Source: an uncultured bacterium (GTDB taxonomy: Bacteria; Patescibacteriota; Gracilibacteria; UBA1369; PNNO01). Taken from it: a stretch of 32,000 bases of DNA. Below, piece after piece: positions 16,394-25,791 of the stretch (position 1 is its first letter; each line of letters starts with the position of its first letter). The position numbers were made by a program, and so were the translations under genes. The notes beneath the pieces were generated by a model. It saw nothing but the letters and a program-made list of their open reading frames with translations, was not told the DNA's origin and did no database searches. The stretch spans positions 720,001 to 752,000 of the forward strand of contig OY969931.1 of NCBI GenBank assembly GCA_963704705.1. Direction: 5' to 3'.

Positions 16394-19048
16394 TTACTTC
16401 TTTCTATATTCTTTTTTCTCTCCTTCTTTAAGTTCTTTATTTTCTTTAACAGTACTCCATCTCTTTATTTTATCTTCAACCATTTCACGTTTTTGAGTAT
16501 ATCTTTCACGTACAACTTTTCTAATTCTTTCTGTTCTGCCTTCTTCAAATTCCAATTCAGGAGGAGCAAGAGTATCGAGTGAGAATGTACTTGAAGGCAT
16601 ACCATCAATTAATAAACGTGTATAAGCCGTATATTTACTCAAACTAACAAGGTCGGCAGGTAATACTTCTTCCCCATATTGCTGCGATAAATACTCAGCA
16701 TCATCAAATCCAACCTGCATTGATAAAATTGTACCTACGTTACCAAATACAGCATCACGTACTTCATCAGGCATCTGTGCAATATACTGATTTGCCATTG
16801 TTAGATTAAGTTTATACTTTCTTGCTTCTGATAAAATTGTTGCAAAAGAGTCCGTTGCAAAATTCTGGAACTCATCCACATATAAATAGAAAGGTTTACG
16901 ATCTTTTTCAGGGATATCAGCACGGCTCATTGCGTCAATCTGGAATTTTGTAATAAGCATGGCACCCAAAAGCGAAGAGTTATCTTCACCTAGTCTTCCT
17001 TTTGATAAATTCACAATAATAATTTTACCTTTATCCATTGCAAATCTTAAATTCACGGTACTTTTTGGCTGGCCAACTATGTTTCTAACAATAGGGCTAG
17101 ATAAAAACTGCCCAACTTTATTCATAATAGGACTGATTGCTTCAATTTTCATTTTATCCTGCATTGGTTCAAATTCCTTTTCCCAAAATGCTCTAAGGAT
17201 TGGATCTTCAAGCTTATTTACAACTTTTCTTCTAAAATCTTTATCCTGAAGTATTCGCGTAATCCCAAGCATTGTTGTATTTGGATAATGTAAAAGTGAA
17301 AGAATTGTATTACGTAGAATATGCTCTAATCTTGGTCCCCAACTGTCAGCATAAATCTTTTTAAAGATTCCAACCAAACCCGAAGCAATTATGGTATTTA
17401 AAGCAGGATCTTTAGATTCAAGCATGTTAAATGCTATAGGGAAATCACGATCAGAAGGATCAAATAAAATAACATCATTTGTACGATTTGAAGGCACAAA
17501 ATTAATTACACTTTCAGCCAAATCTCCATGAGGATCAATTACTGCCACACCTTTGCCGCTTTGGATATCACTGAAAATCATATTTTCGAGCAAAGTTGTT
17601 TTACCCATTCCGGTTTTTCCTATGATGTAAACGTGTCGCCCTCTATCAACTGTTTTAATTCCGAATGTTTTTCTGATTCCTCTAAAATTAGTGCGGCCGA
17701 TTAAAGTTAAATCATTTGCCAAATCTCCTTTTGGTTCAGGTAAATCAACTGGAGGTTCGAGTTTACGAGATTTAACCCAATATATATTTGGAGTGGCAAC
17801 GCTCATGTGCGGCATATGATAAATAGTCGCGAGTTCTTCAACGTTAATTACAAAAGGATTATCCAAATATCTTTTATTAAATCTTTCGATTATTTCGCGT
17901 CCGTTTATAAATTTATCAATTGTAAATCCATTAATTTGAGGAACACTAAATTGTTTGAATGAACCGGACATTTCGCGAAGTTTAATCAAAGCTGTTTCCG
18001 GATCTTTATTTTTTTGAATATAAACTATTCTTATATTTGTTTCATATAGAAGTTTTACAACTTTATCAATTGCTGCTCCAACTGAACTTTCACGGTCATG
18101 AGATTTAGAAACAGTATCTTCTAATTCGTCATCATTGCTTTCACCAGTGCTTAAATTTATTTTTGAACTAGAATTCAATCCCTGTAGCCAAAAAATAAAA
18201 TATAAAGGGAAAAACACTATTCTATATATTTTGTTTCTGGTACAAAACATTTTAGTATAAAGTTTTTGGAATTTTTCAATATTTGCCCAAATTCCTTTAT
18301 TTATAATTTTCACACACTTTGTAAAAAGTATCCTCCATTTATCAGACAAAGGTCTTACTACAATTTGTATCCAGGCCTGTTCTTCAACATCGTTTAATTT
18401 TGCAAGAGTCGCTGTAATACCCGCGATAGGATCAACCGCTTTTTTCATTATTTTATCCTCAAATTGAGCATACCTTTTAATAGGAAAAATTGTTGGATCA
18501 CTTAGAGTAAGCTCCGCACCGTAAATATTCTGATATGGATCCAATGCTTTAAATTCATTTTTATTTTGAATTTTCGGAAGATCCTTTAAAGGTACAAGCC
18601 CGGCTTCTTCAGTTGGTTTTTGTAAAGTTTCTCCAACGGCAATTTCCATTTTTTCAAGAATTGAATAATCTTTCACCTCTAAAATTTCAACATCAGGATA
18701 TTGAGCATATATTTGGCCTTCAATTGAATTTGCATATTTAGCAAGAAATGCCACAAAAAATTTAATATGACTGCCGGTATTTGCTATTTCCAGACTGATT
18801 TTATCCTGAGTAGCTCCAAATAAAGTTTGCCAAAAGCCCAATTTTTTATAAATTCCATGTAAAGATGAAAATATCTGTTCAGCTACAATCGGTCCGTTTT
18901 CGTTTTCTTTTGATACACGAACCTCAATTACTTTATAACGTTTTGCAAATTGACGTTGTTTTGCGAGTTTTTGACTTAAAAGCTCAAGTAAAATGAACGT
19001 TATATAAATTCCTATAAATATGAGAGCAATCACAAGTAGGGTCGACAT
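16394..19048 (-). CDS. Membrane-anchored FtsK/HerA-superfamily ATPase, TraD/VirD4 (type IV coupling protein)-like
   Basis: The protein is 884 aa. It has an N-terminal TM helix and a second hydrophobic segment around aa 275-292. The C-terminal half carries Walker A IIGKTGMGKTTLL (17594..17620), VIDPHGDL, Walker B YLYVDEFQNF (16859..16876) and ARKYKLNLTMANQ. I cannot assign the N-terminal ~440 aa. Confidence 0.75.
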   Translation of the reverse strand: MSTLLVIALIFIGIYITFILLELLSQKLAKQRQFAKRYKVIEVRVSKENENGPIVAEQIFSSLHGIYKKLGFWQTLFGATQDKISLEIANTGSHIKFFVAFLAKYANSIEGQIYAQYPDVEILEVKDYSILEKMEIAVGETLQKPTEEAGLVPLKDLPKIQNKNEFKALDPYQNIYGAELTLSDPTIFPIKRYAQFEDKIMKKAVDPIAGITATLAKLNDVEEQAWIQIVVRPLSDKWRILFTKCVKIINKGIWANIEKFQKLYTKMFCTRNKIYRIVFFPLYFIFWLQGLNSSSKINLSTGESNDDELEDTVSKSHDRESSVGAAIDKVVKLLYETNIRIVYIQKNKDPETALIKLREMSGSFKQFSVPQINGFTIDKFINGREIIERFNKRYLDNPFVINVEELATIYHMPHMSVATPNIYWVKSRKLEPPVDLPEPKGDLANDLTLIGRTNFRGIRKTFGIKTVDRGRHVYIIGKTGMGKTTLLENMIFSDIQSGKGVAVIDPHGDLAESVINFVPSNRTNDVILFDPSDRDFPIAFNMLESKDPALNTIIASGLVGIFKKIYADSWGPRLEHILRNTILSLLHYPNTTMLGITRILQDKDFRRKVVNKLEDPILRAFWEKEFEPMQDKMKIEAISPIMNKVGQFLSSPIVRNIVGQPKSTVNLRFAMDKGKIIIVNLSKGRLGEDNSSLLGAMLITKFQIDAMSRADIPEKDRKPFYLYVDEFQNFATDSFATILSEARKYKLNLTMANQYIAQMPDEVRDAVFGNVGTILSMQVGFDDAEYLSQQYGEEVLPADLVSLSKYTAYTRLLIDGMPSSTFSLDTLAPPELEFEEGRTERIRKVVRERYTQKREMVEDKIKRWSTVKENKELKEGEKKEYRKK

Positions 19049-19093
19049 AAATTTCTATTGTTATAATTCTTGTGATCCCCTATTTTTCACCCT

Positions 19094-19519
19094 TTATTTT
19101 TCCCTTTGTAAGTCTAAATAATTTTTCAGAATAAGTGAAGCCGCAATTATATCATTCTCTTTCTTCTTATCCTTCTTTTTTATATTAAGAGATGTAATTA
19201 TACTATCGCTTTCAACACTTGTCAACCTCTCATCTTGAAGTATTATTGGGATCTTAAAATTTCTTTCTAATAATGCCTTAAATTCTTCTACTTTAATAGT
19301 GGAATTTGTTTTTTTGCCTTCAAGGCTTGTAGGAAAGCCTAAAATAATAGAAATAATATTTTCTTCATTAATAATACTATCTAATTTTTTAATTACATAA
19401 TCATTGGATTTATTTTCAATTGATGTACGGCCAAAAGCCATTTGCTGAAATATATCGCTAATAGCGACACCAATTCTTTTAGTGCCCCAGTCTAATCCTA
19501 ATATCTTACCTTTTTGCAT
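19094..19519 (-). CDS. ruvX: Putative pre-16S rRNA nuclease / Holliday-junction-resolvase-like protein (YqgF)
   Basis: The protein starts KILGLDWGTKRIGVAISD, is 141 aa, and has a conserved DERLTS segment. Its start overlaps the rplI stop (TAATG). Confidence 0.85.
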   Translation of the reverse strand: MQKGKILGLDWGTKRIGVAISDIFQQMAFGRTSIENKSNDYVIKKLDSIINEENIISIILGFPTSLEGKKTNSTIKVEEFKALLERNFKIPIILQDERLTSVESDSIITSLNIKKKDKKKENDIIAASLILKNYLDLQREK

Positions 19520-19968
19520 TATTTAGAAGCTTTTACTTCAACTTTAACAGTTGCGTCAACATCATCAGATAACCTTACTTTGAATTCATATTTGCCAATC
19601 TTTTTAATAGGTTCTGCAAGATGAACTTGTTTTTTATCAACTTTAACTTTTGCTTGTTCTTCCAATTGCTTGATAAGCTCTTTTTCATCAATTTTACCAT
19701 AAAGTGTGTCTTTATCGGTTGTTTTAGCTTCGATTACAAGAGTAATTGCTTCTAATTCATCTTTAAATTTAGTTGCCTGTTTTGCGAGTTCTTCTTTTTC
19801 TTTAACAATCTTTTCTGTTTCTTTTCCAGCCCATACAAGTCTTTTTGGAGTAGCAAGAAAAGCTAGTCCGTTTGGAGAAAGAAAATTTCTGAAATATCCG
19901 CTTTTAACGGTTTTAACTTCACCTCTTTTACCAAGGTTCTGTACATTTTTAGTGAGTATTATCTGCAT
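19519..19968 (-). CDS. rplI: 50S ribosomal protein L9
   Basis: MQIILTKNVQNLGKRGEVKTVKSGYFRNFLSPNGLA is a typical L9 N-terminus. I prefer the ATG at 19968 over the upstream start in the ORF track at 20013. Confidence 0.9.
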   Translation of the reverse strand: MQIILTKNVQNLGKRGEVKTVKSGYFRNFLSPNGLAFLATPKRLVWAGKETEKIVKEKEELAKQATKFKDELEAITLVIEAKTTDKDTLYGKIDEKELIKQLEEQAKVKVDKKQVHLAEPIKKIGKYEFKVRLSDDVDATVKVEVKASK

Positions 19969-20037
19969 GTTTATATAGTTTATTTGTAAAAAAGCTTTGA
20001 AAATATAGAGCAAAAGCGCTGAAAAGTAAATGGAAAA

Positions 20038-21837
20038 TTAAAATTTCCATTCGTTTATCCTGCAAAATCTGTCAGACGGGAAAGCTAAATTTTCTAAATT
20101 TATTCCCTGAACCTTTTGATCAGAAGCATAATAATATACTGGTCTATATAAGAAAATTGCTGGAATTTCTTCCTGAATAATTTCAGCGAGCTGTTTTAAT
20201 TTCGCCTGTTTTTCATCTTCATCAAATGAATCTCTTATTGCTTCGATTAAAGTATCAACTGCAAAACTCTTATAATTAGAAAGATTCAAACCATTATCAC
20301 CGGTCTGTGTAGAATGCCAATATCCGTAAAGATCCTGATTGTAACCCAGGCTCTGACCAAAAACCAATAAATCATAATCACGGGCTGCGATTTTTTCCTG
20401 TAAAGTTGAGGAATCATATAATTCAATATTTAACTTAACACCAGCTTTACTCCAGTTTTCCTGTAAATAATTAAGTACGGTATTCATCTCATTATATTTA
20501 TATGTGCCGTCAGGATATAAACGTGCAATTAATCTGAATTCAAGCACCTGATCTGCTGCATTTTTACGGATATAAGTCTCAGATCCAGCATCTTGGGCAG
20601 TATCGGTTGATTCAGTTGATTCAGTAGATTCGGTAGGTTCAGTAGGTTCAGTCACTGCAGTGTCTTCAGTAGCAACACTGGAAATTTCTTCATCAACACT
20701 TTCTTCTGCTTCACCCTGTTTATAAGCTTTAAAGCCGGCATCATAAAGCAACTGCTTTGCGTCTCCCATATTTGCGGTATATTTATAATCATCCTGATTT
20801 AAGCTAAGAACCGGTGTTTCAACTCTTATTGTATTAGGTAAAATATCCAAAAAAGCATCTTTATATATTGCTTTTTGAAGTGCCTGACGCACTTTAAGAC
20901 TTTTAAGTGTCGGATTATCCATATTTATAAAAACTGCAATATATTGCGGTAATGAATATCCATACATAGAAAATCGGGAATCAGTTGAAATATCATCAAT
21001 TGCTTCATCAACAACTTTTGGAATAGCATTTAAAGAATTTTTATTAGCAATTAGATCTTCTCTTGAAGGATATCCAAAAAATCTCATCTTATTAATTTGC
21101 GGTTTTTCATCATAAAAATCAGGAAATTTTTCAAGTACAATTTGTGTTACGCCAGTCATACTTGTTGATAAAGGTGATGAAACTTTATACGGGCCGGTAC
21201 CAACCGGATTAAAATTAAACTCATTATTATATAAATCATTAATAGAAACATCCTTTAATAGATGTTCAGGCAAAACTCCAACAGTTGTATTTGTAATAAA
21301 AAATGAATTTGGTGCAGACAACTTAAATTCAACGGTTTTAAAGTCGATTTTTTCAATCTCCACACCTTCAAAATTAGATTTTAAAATAGGATTTTGGAAA
21401 TCTGGATTTTGAATTATTGTTTTAAAAGTAAATATCACATCATCAGCATCCAGAATTTCGCCATCATGAAACTTAATATTATCCTTTATTTTGAATCTGT
21501 ATGTAAGTTTATCTTCACTTATTGTTACATCAGCCATATCGCCTACTATTTTCTGAGTATCAGGATCATATTTAGTCAGACCACTGAATATAAGCTTACT
21601 AACATCTCTGTCCGGTTCATTTAAATCAGCATAAACAGGATTTATACGAAACAAAGGGCTTTGAAAACCCTCTGTATAAATACCTTCTTTTTGCGGTGAA
21701 CCTCCCTGAAAATATAAGCTATCAGTGACTAGTTTTGTACCAAGTACCAAAACTAATACTATTAAAACAAGGCTGATTATTTTCTCGTGTTTAGTATAAG
21801 ACTTAACAACACGAAGAAAAATCGAAGGTTTCTTCAT
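20038..21837 (-). CDS. Extracellular solute-binding protein, family 5 (OppA/DppA-like), membrane-anchored, with an acidic low-complexity insert
   Basis: The protein is 599 aa with an N-terminal hydrophobic anchor. Its sequence is SBP_bac_5-like (LTYRFKIKDNIKFHDGEILDADDVIFTF, GTGPYKV). It contains the insert ...EEISSVATEDTAVTEPTEPTESTESTESTD.... No transporter genes are adjacent. Confidence 0.78.
   Translation of the reverse strand: MKKPSIFLRVVKSYTKHEKIISLVLIVLVLVLGTKLVTDSLYFQGGSPQKEGIYTEGFQSPLFRINPVYADLNEPDRDVSKLIFSGLTKYDPDTQKIVGDMADVTISEDKLTYRFKIKDNIKFHDGEILDADDVIFTFKTIIQNPDFQNPILKSNFEGVEIEKIDFKTVEFKLSAPNSFFITNTTVGVLPEHLLKDVSINDLYNNEFNFNPVGTGPYKVSSPLSTSMTGVTQIVLEKFPDFYDEKPQINKMRFFGYPSREDLIANKNSLNAIPKVVDEAIDDISTDSRFSMYGYSLPQYIAVFINMDNPTLKSLKVRQALQKAIYKDAFLDILPNTIRVETPVLSLNQDDYKYTANMGDAKQLLYDAGFKAYKQGEAEESVDEEISSVATEDTAVTEPTEPTESTESTESTDTAQDAGSETYIRKNAADQVLEFRLIARLYPDGTYKYNEMNTVLNYLQENWSKAGVKLNIELYDSSTLQEKIAARDYDLLVFGQSLGYNQDLYGYWHSTQTGDNGLNLSNYKSFAVDTLIEAIRDSFDEDEKQAKLKQLAEIIQEEIPAIFLYRPVYYYASDQKVQGINLENLAFPSDRFCRINEWKF
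20606..20650. repeat. Five tandem copies of a 9-bp unit inside the SBP gene
   Basis: The repeat reads gttgattca gttgattca gtagattcg gtaggttca gtaggttca. On the minus strand it encodes TEP TEP TES TES TES. Confidence 0.9.
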
Positions 21838-21843
21838 ATAATA

Positions 21844-22059
21844 TTATGCGAACAGATATAATACCGAACTAAATACAAACAAAATCGCCAAAATAATTGT
21901 AAATCTGTACAAAACCTTTTCCGCACCTCTTTTACTTGCATGAAATCCTCCTGTTCCTCCAAATGTAGCTGACAAACCAGCACTTCTTTGCTGAGAAAGA
22001 ATTGATAAAATCAAAAGGATTGAAACTATCATCTGAAATATTTGAATAAATTCTTTCAT
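21844..22059 (-). CDS. secG: Preprotein translocase subunit SecG
   Basis: The protein is 71 aa with two hydrophobic helices separated by a Gly-rich loop (SQQRSAGLSATFGGTGG), as in SecG. Confidence 0.8.
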   Translation of the reverse strand: MKEFIQIFQMIVSILLILSILSQQRSAGLSATFGGTGGFHASKRGAEKVLYRFTIILAILFVFSSVLYLFA

Positions 22060-22064
22060 GATTT

Positions 22065-22433
22065 TTAATGTTTAAAAAATAAATTAGTGGCCCAGTTCAC
22101 AATTCCTAAAACTATGGCAGCAATAATATACGCTCCCAAGCCGGCAAAATAAAGCCTAACATCTCTGAATTCCATCACATTTATTACCCATTGCGTTAAA
22201 TATAGAATCACAGCATTTATAACAATCAAAAATAAACCAGCCGTAATAATCACAAATGGCAATGACAAAATCTTCATTAATGGCTTAACAAAAGCATTAA
22301 GTACGCCAATGACAATTCCGCCAATAATAAATAATTTAATTCCGCCAGTGCCTGTAACTTCATCAAGAAATTCAACTAGAATAAATAAAGTTAGAGCGTT
22401 TAATACTATTCCGATAAGAATGCGTTTTAGCAT
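22065..22433 (-). CDS. DUF360 / phage-holin-4-family (YvlD-like) membrane protein
   Basis: The protein is 122 aa with four hydrophobic segments. The NAFVKPLMKILSLPFVIITAGLFLIVINA segment is typical of the family (from memory). Confidence 0.72.
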   Translation of the reverse strand: MLKRILIGIVLNALTLFILVEFLDEVTGTGGIKLFIIGGIVIGVLNAFVKPLMKILSLPFVIITAGLFLIVINAVILYLTQWVINVMEFRDVRLYFAGLGAYIIAAIVLGIVNWATNLFFKH

Positions 22434-22491
22434 GATTTTTACAATTTAAGAATCGACAAAAAGTATACGGAAAAAGGTATTCAAAATCAAA

Positions 22492-25400
22492 CTAATCTTC
22501 TCTTCTGACACCAATAACTACTTTGTAACCATCAATCTCAACTTCGTCTTCTTTTTCCCACGTGAATTCGCTACCTTGTTGAAGTTCAATTGATAAAGTC
22601 TCACGTTTAATATAATCAGCAAACTGAGTAACAGCCGCTTCAATATCACCTTCTGCTTTAACCTGCAAATATATTCGTTCATAAACTTCAAATCCGGCTT
22701 GTTTGCGAAGTTCCTGAACAAATCTCACAACTTCACGAGCATAACCCTCGTTTTTCAAATCATCACTGATTTCAGTATCAAGAACAACTACAAACCCCGC
22801 TTCACCCTGCACATCATATCCTTCCGCACCTTCGAACCCAACCTCAACTTCTTCTGGTCCAAGTTCAAATTCGCCAACTTTAAACCTGCCTCCATCTAAT
22901 TCTTCAAAATCACCATCTTTAATTTGCTGGATTATTTTCTGGACATCTTTACCGTATTTTGGACCAAGTTTTTTCGCATCAGGTTTAACAACTTTATTCA
23001 CTACTTCACCAACTTCTGTTAACACTTCAAGATCTTTTACGTTTAATTCTTCACAAATCACATCTTTTTGAGCCAATATTATTTCTTTATCAACACTTTC
23101 AGGTAAAGCAACCTGCACTTTAGCCAAAGGCTGTCTTACTTTGATTTGCGCTTTAGCTCTAACAGAATGACCAAGATTAACAATGCGTCTTACAACTGCC
23201 ATTTCATCATTCAAATCTCTTCGGATCATTTCATGATTTGCAACTGGCCAGTCACATAAATGAACTGAACTTTCACTTTCTTTATCATTTTGAGTTAAAT
23301 TTCTGTATATTTCATCTGAAATAAACGGCATAAAAGGCGCTATAAGTTTTGTAAATTCAGTTAATACAACATACAAAGTCTGATAAGCTTCACTTTTATC
23401 TTTGTCGCTTTCTGATTTCCAAAAACGCCTTCGTGATCTTCTTATATACCAATTAGAAAGATTATCAACAAAATCAATCATTGGTCTGGTGCCGCGAGTT
23501 AAGTTGTAATCATCAAGTTGCTCGGTGCATTCTTCAATTAATTGATGAAGCTCTGACAAAATCCACTGATCGAGCTTATGTTGTGGTTTAAAATCTTTAT
23601 CGTCCTTAGGCTGCCATTCATCGATGTTCGCATAAGTCACAAAAAAGCTATATGTATTCCACAAAGTAAGAACAAATTTTTTGATCAAGTCGTCTACGTG
23701 CTGTTCGCTAAATCGCACGTCTTCGGCCAAAGGAGCTGTTGATGAATATAAAAAAAATCTTACAGCATCTACTCCCCTTGTATCAAAAAGCATATTCGGG
23801 TCTGGGTAATTTTTCTTTCGTTTTGATAACTTTTCGCCATCTGCAGCAAGCAAAATTCCATTAACAATCACGTTTTCAAACGCTGGTTTATCAAATAATA
23901 TTGTTGATAAAACATGTAGCGTATAAAACCAGCCACGAGTTTGATCCAATCCTTCAGCAATAAACTGCGCAGGAAAGTTGCTTTCAAATTCCTCTTTATT
24001 TTCAAATGGATAATGAAGCTGAGCATAAGGCATTGAACCGGATTCAAACCAACAATCCAAAACCTCAGGAATTCTCTTCATTGTTCCCTCACATTTATCA
24101 CATTTAAATTCGATCTCATTAATATAAGGAATATGCAAATCCAAATCACCATGCCTTTCAGGTAATTTACCATCAATTGAATTTTGCTTCAATTCTTCTA
24201 CGCTTCCAACAGCCTTTTTGTTATCACATTTATCACATTCCCAAATCGGAATTGGACATCCCCAATATCTGTTTCTCGAAATATTCCAGTCACGCGCTCC
24301 ATCAAGCCATTTACCAAATCTTCCTTCTTTAATATGTTCAGGCTGCCAATGAATCTTCTCATTATTAGCTAAAAGCCTGTCTTTAATATCAGTCACTCTG
24401 ATAAACCATGCTTTTGTTGAATAATTCAAAAGCGGTGTATCGCAACGCCAGCAATGCGGATATGAGTGCCTGTAATTCTCTTTTTTGAATAATAGTCCTT
24501 TTTCATCCAACCAGTCAGCAATATTCTGATCCATTTTTTTAACGAATTTTCCTGCCCAAGGCTCAACTTCAGCTTTAAAAGTCCCGTCTCCATTAACATG
24601 CTGTAATACCTCAAGTCCGTTTTCTTGTCCCACTCTAAGGTCATCTTCACCAAACGCAGGAGCGATATGTACTACCCCTGTACCATCTTCGGTTGAAACA
24701 AAATCAGCTAAAATAATAATGTAAGCTTTGTTTTCTAACTTGCCTTCATAAAAAGGAAACAAAGGTTTATATGATTTTCCTTCAAGTTCTTTGGCTGTTA
24801 TATTGCCCTGCACTTCATAATTTGAATCACCCATTACTTTCTCAAGCAAATCCTCAGCCAAAATATAAATTTCACCATTTTCAGCTTTAATTTTCACATA
24901 TTTAATATCAGCGCCAAGTGCCAAGGCAACGTTACCAGGCAGAGTCCATGGTGTTGTTGTCCAGGCAAGTATAAAAATTCCAGGTTCATCCTTTAATTCA
25001 AATTTACATGTAATTGAAAGGTCAGTTACATCTTTATAACCCTGAGTAACCTCAAAATTAGACAAAGGTGTTTCGCACCTCGGGCAAATATGCATACTTT
25101 TATGCCCTTGATAAACCATTTCTTTATCCCAAATCTGCTTAAATACCCACCAGATTGATTCCATGTAATCATTCTGTAATGTTGCATATGTTTCTTCGTG
25201 ATCAAGCCATCGTCCGATTCTTCTTAGAAGCTTCTCCCATTCATTTGTATATTTAAATACGCTTTCACGGCATTTCTCATTAAAATTTTCAATTCCGTAT
25301 TTTTCAATATCTTTTTTACCTGAAATTTCCAGTTCTTTTTCAATTTCATATTCAACAGGAAGCCCGTGGCAATCCCAGCCGTTTGTTCTTGGCACGTAAT

Positions 25401-25647
25401 AGCCTTTCATTGTCCAATATCTTGTAACAGCGTCCTTTAAGGCATTTGCCAAAATGTGTCCGTAATGCGGAAGACCGTTTGCAAACGGAGGCCCATCAAA
25501 AAACACATATTTCTTTCGTTTCTTTCTTCTGGCTACAGACTCTTCAAAAATACTTTCATCTTCCCAGAATTTTAAAAGATTATGCTCCATATCAGGGAAT
25601 GATTGTTTTGCGTTTACTTCGCTGAATGCTTTGTTTTCAGAATTCAT
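22492..25647 (-). CDS. ileS: Isoleucyl-tRNA synthetase, type 2 (eukaryote/archaea-like)
   Basis: The protein is 1051 aa. The HIGH motif is PHYGHILA and the KMSKS-type motif is KLSKRKKNYPDP, the form seen in type-2 IleRS. An editing-domain TTPWTLPGN motif is also present. Confidence 0.97.
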   Translation of the reverse strand: MNSENKAFSEVNAKQSFPDMEHNLLKFWEDESIFEESVARRKKRKKYVFFDGPPFANGLPHYGHILANALKDAVTRYWTMKGYYVPRTNGWDCHGLPVEYEIEKELEISGKKDIEKYGIENFNEKCRESVFKYTNEWEKLLRRIGRWLDHEETYATLQNDYMESIWWVFKQIWDKEMVYQGHKSMHICPRCETPLSNFEVTQGYKDVTDLSITCKFELKDEPGIFILAWTTTPWTLPGNVALALGADIKYVKIKAENGEIYILAEDLLEKVMGDSNYEVQGNITAKELEGKSYKPLFPFYEGKLENKAYIIILADFVSTEDGTGVVHIAPAFGEDDLRVGQENGLEVLQHVNGDGTFKAEVEPWAGKFVKKMDQNIADWLDEKGLLFKKENYRHSYPHCWRCDTPLLNYSTKAWFIRVTDIKDRLLANNEKIHWQPEHIKEGRFGKWLDGARDWNISRNRYWGCPIPIWECDKCDNKKAVGSVEELKQNSIDGKLPERHGDLDLHIPYINEIEFKCDKCEGTMKRIPEVLDCWFESGSMPYAQLHYPFENKEEFESNFPAQFIAEGLDQTRGWFYTLHVLSTILFDKPAFENVIVNGILLAADGEKLSKRKKNYPDPNMLFDTRGVDAVRFFLYSSTAPLAEDVRFSEQHVDDLIKKFVLTLWNTYSFFVTYANIDEWQPKDDKDFKPQHKLDQWILSELHQLIEECTEQLDDYNLTRGTRPMIDFVDNLSNWYIRRSRRRFWKSESDKDKSEAYQTLYVVLTEFTKLIAPFMPFISDEIYRNLTQNDKESESSVHLCDWPVANHEMIRRDLNDEMAVVRRIVNLGHSVRAKAQIKVRQPLAKVQVALPESVDKEIILAQKDVICEELNVKDLEVLTEVGEVVNKVVKPDAKKLGPKYGKDVQKIIQQIKDGDFEELDGGRFKVGEFELGPEEVEVGFEGAEGYDVQGEAGFVVVLDTEISDDLKNEGYAREVVRFVQELRKQAGFEVYERIYLQVKAEGDIEAAVTQFADYIKRETLSIELQQGSEFTWEKEDEVEIDGYKVVIGVRRED

Positions 25648-25693
25648 GTTATTATTTTTTAGTTGAATGAATAAACATTATACGCTCTGCGTA

Positions 25694-25790
25694 CTTGCTA
25701 GTCCGACTCGCTACGTTCGTCGCGCTATCAAGCAACACTTCGTCGTACTTGACTATCCGATTCGTGCTATGCACTCATCGCATATTCAAG
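25694..25790 (-). other. Two tandem, related, GC-enriched imperfect hairpins in the ileS 5' UTR
   Basis: Read on the minus strand, hairpin 1 is CTTGAATATGCGATGAGTGC-ATA-GCACGAATCGGATAGTCAAG (25748..25790). Hairpin 2 is CTTGATAGCGCGACGA...AGCGAGTCGGACTAGCAAG (25694..25732). Both are followed by TACG. They lie between the T-box U-tract and the ileS ATG. Confidence 0.6.
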
Positions 25791-25791
25791 C

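Noticed and set aside
25677-25682. TATAAT box (minus strand) 30 nt upstream of the ileS ATG as an independent promoter
   Set aside because: There is no acceptable -35 at 16-18 nt (GGACTA/CGGACT), and such a promoter would bypass the T-box. It is probably a chance match in AT-rich sequence, although it cannot be fully excluded without TSS data.
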